From assembly GCA_963810545.1 (NCBI GenBank), contig CAWENE010000005.1, positions 168,253 through 232,252 on the forward strand: DNA of 64,000 nucleotides. The letters run 5' to 3'. This document shows, in pieces, positions 11,091 through 17,939 of the stretch (positions within the stretch are counted from its first letter, which is position 1; each line of letters begins with the position of its first letter). This stretch comes from an uncultured Acidobacteriaceae bacterium (GTDB lineage Bacteria; Acidobacteriota; Terriglobia; Terriglobales; Acidobacteriaceae). The translations under genes were made by a program, and so were the position numbers. A model generated the notes under the pieces. That model did not search any database, was not told where the DNA came from, and worked only from the letters and a program-made list of their open reading frames with translations.

Positions 11091-11123
11091 TAGGGAACAG
11101 GGATTAGGGAACAGGGAAAGGGA
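11091..11123 (+). repeat. Heptamer tandem array YAGGGAW (left flank of four-helix-bundle gene)
   Basis: TAGGGAA CAGGGAT TAGGGAA CAGGGAA AGGGA. Confidence 0.9.
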
Positions 11124-11223
11124 GGCACTTTCAGCGTTTCCATTCCGCAGTGTTTTAGCTCACGGACGATTTCCCGTGGGTTGGCTATCCTCATCTGGAT
11201 CGCGCGGACAACGGGGGTTAAGC

Positions 11224-11580
11224 GTGGGCGAGTCATTCAAGGATCTTGTGGTATGGCAGCGCGTAGTGGAGTTAAGCCTGGCCATCTACAAGCTTACGAC
11301 TTCCTTTCCGACATCCGAGCAATTTGGTTTGACAAGCCAGCTTCGCCGTGCATCGGTATCTATTGCTAGTAACATCGCAGAAGGCTACGGAAAATCGACC
11401 AAAGGCGAGTATCTGGTTTTTCTCGGTCACGCGCGCGGCTCCATCTTCGAAGTACAAACGCAACTCGTCATCGCGGGAGGCCTCGAGCTTGGACCGGGAA
11501 ATCTGCGCAACACAGCGGAGACCCTGTCTGAGGAGGTCAGCCGCATGCTTGTCGCAATGATGCGCACGTTGCGAAAGTAA
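11224..11580 (+). CDS. Four helix bundle protein (23S rRNA-IVP / Avd-like family)
   Basis: SFKDLVVWQR, FPTSEQFGLTSQLRRASVSIASNIAEGYG, ARGSIFEVQTQL; GTG start after ggggg. Confidence 0.92.
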   Translation: MGESFKDLVVWQRVVELSLAIYKLTTSFPTSEQFGLTSQLRRASVSIASNIAEGYGKSTKGEYLVFLGHARGSIFEVQTQLVIAGGLELGPGNLRNTAETLSEEVSRMLVAMMRTLRK

Positions 11581-11589
11581 ACCCCGGCA

Positions 11590-11630
11590 TTCTGTTCCCT
11601 GTTCCCTAATCCCTAATCCCTGTTCCCTGT
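11590..11630 (-). repeat. Heptamer tandem array YAGGGAW, inverted (right flank)
   Basis: Reverse complement reads CAGGGAA CAGGGAT TAGGGAT TAGGGAA CAGGGAA CAGAA. Confidence 0.9.
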
Positions 11631-11631
11631 C

Positions 11632-12555
11632 TTATCTCTGATCGATCAGCCTTATCGTCTCCAAAAACACATCCCCGTCAATCGCCAGGCTCCGCGCACT
11701 CACCTTGTCCATCGTGTCCTGTGCCGTGTGGTGATAGCTGTTGTTCGGCCCATAATCGAGATCGATGATGTCGATCGAAGGCACGCCGCGCTTGACGAAA
11801 GGCATGTGGTCGTCATCCACCGGCTCGTCCTGTTGGAAGAAGTAGCGCTCGTAGCCGTATTTCTTCGCTGCCTGCCGCACCAGGTCCACCAGCCAGCCCG
11901 TCGAGCGAGTCTCGCGCTGAATGTCGAGATCCTTGTCGCCGATCATGTCAGCGAGCATGAACGCCTTGATGTGCGCCAGCGTTCCATCGCGTCCCCACTT
12001 CGCCGCGAGATGGCGGCTGCCGTAAGTGGAGTCAGAGTCGGACCAGCTTTGAATCGCTTCTTCGCCATCGAAGAAGACCAGCCATACCGAGTAGCCGTCG
12101 AGCTTTTTGCCGCCCGCCGTTTCCGCACGAAGTTGATCGGCGATCGCCATCAGCAATCCCGTCGTTGCTCCACCATCGTTGGCGCCCACGAAGTTGATGT
12201 TTTTGAGGTAATAGTTGGTCTCGTAGTGCGTCGCCAAAACAATCACGCCGTCTTTCTTGCCCGGGAAGCGCACGATGAAGTTGCGCATGTTCACCGGCCC
12301 AATCGGCGTATCGGCCGTGAAGGCATCTTCTTCAAGCGGATCGTGCTGAAAATGCACGCGAAGAAACGCCTCCGCCTTCGCGTGTCCGGGACTGGTAGGC
12401 CAGCGTGGCCCAATGGCCACAAAGTCGCGCGCATACTCATATGCGCGCCCGCCACTGAAAACCTGTCCCGAGCCCGTCGAGGGGCGCTGTGCATCCGCCT
12501 CAAGTGCTGCGAACAGCACCAGGCAAGCCATTAAGCTCCTCCAAAGCCGGGACAC
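11632..12555 (-). CDS. M28 family peptidase (glutaminyl cyclase-like)
   Basis: LATHYET, GANDGGA, FFDGEEA, LADMIGD, DDDHMPF, HHTAQD; GTG start overlaps the tatC TAG. Confidence 0.88.
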   Translation of the reverse strand: MSRLWRSLMACLVLFAALEADAQRPSTGSGQVFSGGRAYEYARDFVAIGPRWPTSPGHAKAEAFLRVHFQHDPLEEDAFTADTPIGPVNMRNFIVRFPGKKDGVIVLATHYETNYYLKNINFVGANDGGATTGLLMAIADQLRAETAGGKKLDGYSVWLVFFDGEEAIQSWSDSDSTYGSRHLAAKWGRDGTLAHIKAFMLADMIGDKDLDIQRETRSTGWLVDLVRQAAKKYGYERYFFQQDEPVDDDHMPFVKRGVPSIDIIDLDYGPNNSYHHTAQDTMDKVSARSLAIDGDVFLETIRLIDQR

Positions 12556-13346
12556 TACGAAGCAGCCTCTTTGGCCTTGCGCCGATCGGGATGCACCCAC
12601 CACGCGACGGCGATACCGACCAGATACAGGCACAACATCGGGACCGCGTAGATACACATCGTCCATGGATCAGGACTCGGCGTGATAATAGCCGCCACCA
12701 GAAAGACCGCCAGAATCGCGTAGCGAATGTTCTTCCATAAAAACCGGGGGCTCACAATCCCGAATAGCGCCAGAAAAAAAATCAGAATCGGCATCTCGAA
12801 GCTGATCCCCAGCCCGAGAATGATCGACAGAAAGAAGCCCGTGTACTCCTCAATGGTGATGATGGGATTGAAATTCTTGCCGAAGTCCACAATCAGAATC
12901 TTCAGCGCACCGGGCAGAACAAAAAAGTAGCCAAACGCCGCGCCCGTCAAAAACAGGCCCACCGTGGCCGCCATAAACGGCACCACGAAGCGACGTTCCT
13001 TCTGATAGAGGCCCGGCGCAATAAAGAGCCACACCTGGTACAGGATGAAGGGCGACGAAAGAATCGCGCCGCCAATCAGCGACACCTGCAAGTACAGGTT
13101 CAGCGCATCCATGGGGTGCGTGTAGTTCAGCTTGATGTGCAAGCGATCAAGCGGCTGTTGTACAAGCCCGTACAACCTTTCGTGAAAGAAATAAGCGATC
13201 ACGAATCCCGCGCCAAGATAAAGCGCCGAATGCACGATCCGCCGCCGCAGCTCGTCCAGGTGTTCCATCAGGCTCATGCCCGGCAGCTCCGCGCGCTGGG
13301 TCACGGCCTGCCGCGCCTTCCCGATCGCTTCCGAGGGATCAACCAT
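12555..13346 (-). CDS. tatC: Twin-arginine translocase subunit TatC
   Basis: MSLMEHLDELRRRI, YQVWLFIAPGLY, FEMP, AAIITPSPDP. Confidence 0.95.
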   Translation of the reverse strand: MVDPSEAIGKARQAVTQRAELPGMSLMEHLDELRRRIVHSALYLGAGFVIAYFFHERLYGLVQQPLDRLHIKLNYTHPMDALNLYLQVSLIGGAILSSPFILYQVWLFIAPGLYQKERRFVVPFMAATVGLFLTGAAFGYFFVLPGALKILIVDFGKNFNPIITIEEYTGFFLSIILGLGISFEMPILIFFLALFGIVSPRFLWKNIRYAILAVFLVAAIITPSPDPWTMCIYAVPMLCLYLVGIAVAWWVHPDRRKAKEAAS

Positions 13347-13980
13347 TGGGTCTTGCCACCTCGGCCGCCGCAGAATTCTCATCCCCCGCCGGGCTGGCCG
13401 TCGTCTCGCTCGTACTGCTTATTCCCGTAGCCGCTGCGCCATTGGAAGACTCAGCAATCCGACCGCGATCCGGCCGATCAGACTGACCCGAGGGCAGACC
13501 TAAGGGTTCCGCAGCCAACGAAGATTCGACAGAAGGCCCCGGCCATTCAGCCGACTCCGACCTCCGCGCCGCCACCGGCTCTCCCGTAGCAGGAGGCAAA
13601 ATCCGCGGAGCGACATCCTCCGACCCCGTCGCCTCCGAAACTTTCACTTCGGCCACCGGCGGGTAAACCTCTTCGCCGGGATAAGGAGACTCCATGGCCT
13701 TCACGATCGCCGGCGTAGCCGACACCGACTCCTGCGCCAGTTGCTTCCGCTTTTCCTCTTCCTTCTTGCGCCGCTCGGCGTCTTCGGCAAGCCGCAACTC
13801 TTCTTCCATCTGAAATTTGAAGTCGTTGGATGCCTTGCGGAACTCGAACATCAGCTTGCCGATCTGGCGGCCAATCTGCGGCAACCGCCGCGGCCCAAAC
13901 ACCACCAGCGCCAGCACCATCAGGATCAGCGAATCAGCCATCCCCAGGCTGCCAAGTTCAATTGGTGGCGGAGCTCCCAT
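13339..13980 (-). CDS. tatB: Twin-arginine translocase TatB/TatA-family subunit
   Basis: LALVVFGPRRLPQIGRQIGK; long acidic Pro-rich tail; directly upstream of tatC; start could be 13941. Confidence 0.85.
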   Translation of the reverse strand: MGAPPPIELGSLGMADSLILMVLALVVFGPRRLPQIGRQIGKLMFEFRKASNDFKFQMEEELRLAEDAERRKKEEEKRKQLAQESVSATPAIVKAMESPYPGEEVYPPVAEVKVSEATGSEDVAPRILPPATGEPVAARRSESAEWPGPSVESSLAAEPLGLPSGQSDRPDRGRIAESSNGAAATGISSTSETTASPAGDENSAAAEVARPNG

Positions 13981-14156
13981 GAAGGGTAATGATACCCGCC
14001 TGATCACCCCAACGACAAAGACTGCAGCCAGGGACCGGCCTGTGTGAGCCGCTCGCCGAATGCCCGGCCGCTCCCCTCGCGAGCCTCTTCTCCCTCCCCA
14101 CACCCGTGGGCCCATCCGGACTCCTGGGGCGAATCCGTCGCCCGATACCCGACATC

Positions 14157-14162
14157 TATAAT
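14157..14162 (+). promoter_or_regulatory. -10 box (TATAAT) for the nadA leader
   Basis: Consensus TATAAT 8 nt before the riboswitch P1. Confidence 0.6.
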
Positions 14163-14170
14163 TGTGAAAG

Positions 14171-14322
14171 GGCAGCAACAACCCCGTGGGCGGGTTTTTC
14201 CCGGCATTTTGGACCAAAGTTCGACTGGAAAAAGGCGCATCCACTGCGGCCCTGGCAGATAGAAAGACTGAGCTTTCAACATCCCCGTTCAACGCGCCCA
14301 ACAGCGCAGCTGGACTGAAGGC
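14171..14322 (+). ncRNA. nadA motif / NAD+-I riboswitch, tandem two-domain
   Basis: Domain 1 GGCAGCAACAACCCCGTGG...CCACTGCGGCC (14171-14251); domain 2 GCTTTCAACATCCCCGTTCA...TGGACTGAAGGC (14272-14322); immediately upstream of nadA. Confidence 0.88.
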
Positions 14323-14330
14323 GGAATACA

Positions 14331-15527
14331 GTGAATCCGGTTATCGACGACGTATCGGCGGTCTCGCCGCGTGAGGCCGCGCAAACCTGCAGCCTCGAAA
14401 ACTACCTCGCACTCCCCGACCACACCATGGACGCGCGCATAGCCGCAGCCCGCGCGCAACTGGGCTCGACGACAATCCTTCTAGGCCACCACTACCAGCG
14501 CGATGAGGTGATTCGTTTCGCCGACTACACCGGCGACAGCTACAAGCTCTCCAAAATCGCCTCCGAAACCGACGCAGACTACATCGTCTTTTGCGGAGTG
14601 CATTTCATGGCCGAGAGCGCCGATGTCCTCGGCCGCCCCGAAGGATCCGGGAAACCGGCCCAGCAGGTCATCCTTCCCGACCTCAATGCCGGCTGCTCCA
14701 TGGCCGATATGGCCGAAATCTCGCAGGTCGAAGACTGCTGGGACACTCTCACCCGCCTTGGCCTCGCCGCCGACACCGTCCCCATCACCTACATGAACTC
14801 GACCGCGGCCATTAAGGCCTTCTGCGGCGAACGCGGCGGCTTGGTCTGCACTTCATCCAATGCCAGCGCGGCTTTCAAATGGGCCTTCGCCCGCGGCAGG
14901 TCGGGGCCCCCCACGACAGGTCCTCGTCGTTGGGGTGATAAGCGAATTCTGTTTTTGCCCGACCAGCACCTCGGCCGTAACACTGGATTCGCCATGGACA
15001 TCCCTCTGGACCAAATGACTGTCTGGGACCCCTGGGCATTGCAGGGCGGTCAAACCAAGGCCAGCCTGGAGGCCAGCCGCATTCTGCTCTGGAAGGGCCA
15101 CTGTTCCGTCCATCAGCGCTTCCTGCCCAGTCATGTCGATCAGGTGCGCTCCAAGTATCCCGGCATTCAGGTCATCGTGCATCCCGAGTGCCGCTGGGAG
15201 GTCTGCCAGAAAGCCGACGCCCTCGGCTCAACGGAACAACTCATCAAGATTGTCGATCAGGCCCCAGCGGGCACCATGTTCGCCATCGGCACTGAGATTC
15301 ACCTGGTCAATCGCCTCGCGCGTCGCTTCGCTGCAGAAGGCAAGCGCATCATCACCCTCGACGACACAGGCTGCCTCTGCACCACCATGTATCGCATCAG
15401 CCCGCAGCACCTTGCCTGGGCCCTGGAGAATCTGGTCGAAGGCCGAGTCGTCAACCGCATTCAGGTCCGCCCCACCGTAAAACATTGGGCCAAAGTAGCC
15501 CTCGACCGCATGCTCGAGATTCGGTAA
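14331..15527 (+). CDS. nadA: Quinolinate synthase A
   Basis: LGHHYQRDEV, FCGVHFMAES, AGCSMADM, CTSSNA, FLPDQHLG, VHPEC, CLCTTM. Confidence 0.96.
   Translation: MNPVIDDVSAVSPREAAQTCSLENYLALPDHTMDARIAAARAQLGSTTILLGHHYQRDEVIRFADYTGDSYKLSKIASETDADYIVFCGVHFMAESADVLGRPEGSGKPAQQVILPDLNAGCSMADMAEISQVEDCWDTLTRLGLAADTVPITYMNSTAAIKAFCGERGGLVCTSSNASAAFKWAFARGRSGPPTTGPRRWGDKRILFLPDQHLGRNTGFAMDIPLDQMTVWDPWALQGGQTKASLEASRILLWKGHCSVHQRFLPSHVDQVRSKYPGIQVIVHPECRWEVCQKADALGSTEQLIKIVDQAPAGTMFAIGTEIHLVNRLARRFAAEGKRIITLDDTGCLCTTMYRISPQHLAWALENLVEGRVVNRIQVRPTVKHWAKVALDRMLEIR
14903..14937 (+). repeat. REP-like palindromic repeat inserted in frame in nadA
   Basis: ggggccccccacgacaggtcctcgtcgttggggtg, closely similar to the intergenic copy at 49467-49501. 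Confidence 0.75.
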
Positions 15528-15598
15528 AGGCCGAGCAGCTTCTAATTCTCTTCTAAAGGCCGGTGAATTTAAGTTCGTTTCCGACAGAGCGCCGGCGA

Positions 15599-16186
15599 TC
15601 AATGCGCGGGCATTTCCATCCCCTTGTCTTTTTTCTCGGTCTTCGTTCCGGCGTCCGCAGAGCCCCCGTCCTCGACCCCGCCCGCCGAACTCTTCCATGC
15701 AGCCTGCACCGCCGGCGGCAGCTTTTCGATGTGGCTCAGGAACGTCGTCACCTGCCACATCTCCGTCTCTTTGAGGGTCGCCTTCCACGCCGGCATCCCA
15801 CTCAACCGCACCCCATGCTGGATGATGTAGAAGTTCTGATTCTCCGGCATGTCCGGCGCGTCCTCTGCAAACTGTGGCGCGCGCGGATAGAACGAGTCGC
15901 CGAAGGCCGTATGCGTGTGAACCACATCCCCATGGCAGCCCGCGCAAGCCGACTGGTAAACCTTCATTCCCGCCATCAGATTGTCGTCCGTGGGCTGAAT
16001 CGGATTCTGCACGCTGGGCGCGCGCCGATCCACGGAGGCGTCGAGCGCCGGCATCGCGATCTTCATTTCCAGCGCTCCCATCTGTGCATCGGCGCGAGGA
16101 TCAACAAATCCGAAGCGCACGTAGCAGACCAACGCCAGCAGAACCAGGACAACGGCAGTGACGAACCCAATCAGAAATCTTCCCAT
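15599..16186 (-). CDS. Membrane-anchored c-type cytochrome
   Basis: CAGCHG heme motif, FYPRAPQF, GVRLSGMPAW; strong AAGGAGG SD. Confidence 0.88.
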   Translation of the reverse strand: MGRFLIGFVTAVVLVLLALVCYVRFGFVDPRADAQMGALEMKIAMPALDASVDRRAPSVQNPIQPTDDNLMAGMKVYQSACAGCHGDVVHTHTAFGDSFYPRAPQFAEDAPDMPENQNFYIIQHGVRLSGMPAWKATLKETEMWQVTTFLSHIEKLPPAVQAAWKSSAGGVEDGGSADAGTKTEKKDKGMEMPAH

Positions 16187-16476
16187 GGGAAACCTCCTTC
16201 TCTCGATCTCCGGCGCGCGAAACTTGACCAACGAGATTGCGGAGCCAGAGGATTAACTCTAATTTCAAACCTTCACCGTGAACCTGTTTAACTTGCTTTT
16301 TTGTTTTTGCCCCACGGCGCGACACGATCGTGCATCCTCTAACTACCGTTGTTACAATGTAATACAAATCACGAGCGATCAAAGCAGTGCCGATGTACAT
16401 GAGTCTGAAGGTCGAGGCGCCGCCGGGCCTCGATAATACTTGCGCCACTCTTGATAAAAAGGAATATACAGGGCAA

Positions 16477-17757
16477 ATGGGTGGGCCAAATCAAAACCCG
16501 GGCGACAAGGCCGCAAGTCTTGAGACTCCGTCGCCACAACAGCTCTCTCCTGAGATTGGCGACTTCCGCTTCATGGCACGCCAGCCGATCCTGAACAAAG
16601 CCAGAAAACTCTACGGGTACGAGTTGCTTTTTCGCTCGGGGCCGAACAATGCGTTTGCCGATCTAACCAGTGAGGGGGCTTCGCAATCGGTTCTCGATTT
16701 GTCCCTGCTTCTAGGAGCCGGCTCTTTTACCGACGGATATCGTGCGTTCATCAATTGCACGCGCGCCCATCTCTGCTCGGGCGTATTGCACATGTTGCCC
16801 AGGGAACTTGTTGTGTTGGAAATACTGGAGGATGTTCCAGCAGACGAAGAAATTCTAAGCGAGTGCCGGAGATTGAAAGCCGAGGGTTACACCATCGCAG
16901 TCGACGACATCATATCGGTGGGCGATAGGACCCAGCTCATCGACCTCGCCGACATCATCAAGGTGGACTTCCTGTTGGCAAACGAGCAGCAGCAGAAAGA
17001 GATCGCCCGCCGCTTTGCGCGATCAGGAGTGCAGTTGCTGGCTGAAAAGGTCGAAACTCACGAGCAGTTTCAAGCCGCAGTGAAGATGGGCTATACACTT
17101 TTCCAGGGATACTTCTTCTGTCATCCGGAAACATTGCGTGCGAAGGCCCTGCCCAGCGCCCACCTGGGTTATCTGAAGATCCTCCGCCAAGCGTTTCAAA
17201 ATGAAATCGACATTCAGGAAATGGCCGGCGCCATTCGAGGCGAACCTTCTCTTACCTACCGCTTGCTTCGGTTTATGAACTCGGCGGGACGGGGAAACTA
17301 CCACGTCGAATCCATCGTGCAGGCCCTCGGCCTGCTGGGCACCAACGAGATCCGCAAGTGGGTCTCGGTCGTGACCGCAATCAGTCTCGCTGGACCGCGC
17401 TCGCAGGAGCTGATCCGCATCGCTTTGATTCGTGCGCGATTCTGCGAACTCGTGGCTCAGCATCTCAAGGTGCCTGAGCCGAATTTCTATCTCACCGGAT
17501 TGTTCTCTCTTCTTGAAGCACTGCTCGACCTGCCCCTCGCGCAGATCGTGGAAGAAATTCCGATTCCTCCGGAGTGTAAAGAAGCACTCAACGGAGCCTC
17601 GAATGGACCTGGAAACGCACTCAAGCTTGCAATCGCCAGCGGTACCGGAGACTGGATACAGATGGCGCGCTATTGCGCCGAGCTGAAATGCAGCGAGAAC
17701 GACGCCTGGCAATGGCAGCTCGATGCCCAAAGCCACGTCAGCAAGCTGAAATGGTAG
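16477..17757 (+). CDS. EAL and modified HD-GYP (HDOD) domain protein, YuxH/PdeH-like
   Basis: ARQPI, GYELLFR, LEILE, IAVDD, IIKVD, LAEKVET, FQGYFF followed by an HDOD-like region. Confidence 0.88.
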   Translation: MGGPNQNPGDKAASLETPSPQQLSPEIGDFRFMARQPILNKARKLYGYELLFRSGPNNAFADLTSEGASQSVLDLSLLLGAGSFTDGYRAFINCTRAHLCSGVLHMLPRELVVLEILEDVPADEEILSECRRLKAEGYTIAVDDIISVGDRTQLIDLADIIKVDFLLANEQQQKEIARRFARSGVQLLAEKVETHEQFQAAVKMGYTLFQGYFFCHPETLRAKALPSAHLGYLKILRQAFQNEIDIQEMAGAIRGEPSLTYRLLRFMNSAGRGNYHVESIVQALGLLGTNEIRKWVSVVTAISLAGPRSQELIRIALIRARFCELVAQHLKVPEPNFYLTGLFSLLEALLDLPLAQIVEEIPIPPECKEALNGASNGPGNALKLAIASGTGDWIQMARYCAELKCSENDAWQWQLDAQSHVSKLKW

Positions 17758-17822
17758 CGGCCCGCATTCTTGATTGATATATTTCGCAACTTCAGCCCAA
17801 CACCTGTGCCGGCCAACACAAT

Positions 17823-17838
17823 TGTTCCACGTGGAACA
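17823..17838. promoter_or_regulatory. parS site
   Basis: Perfect palindrome TGTTCCACGTGGAACA, extending to 22 bp (17820-17841). Confidence 0.9.
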
Positions 17839-17903
17839 ATTTTCGCGAGCCAGGGCTCCCAAACATGCCACGCGAACCCATTGCCTGGACGGCTAGTCCC
17901 AAT

Positions 17904-17919
17904 TGTTCCACGTGGAACA
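17904..17919. promoter_or_regulatory. parS site
   Basis: Second perfect TGTTCCACGTGGAACA, 81 bp from the first. Confidence 0.9.
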
Positions 17920-17939
17920 TTTTGAAGTAACGTGACCAC

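Noticed and set aside
11091-11630. CRISPR array or DGR (the four-helix protein resembles Avd)
   Set aside because: The repeats are spacerless 7-mers; no cas genes, reverse transcriptase or TR/VR pair is in the window
17820-17922. Two 16-22-bp repeats as a mini-CRISPR
   Set aside because: They are perfect palindromes matching parS, with only two copies
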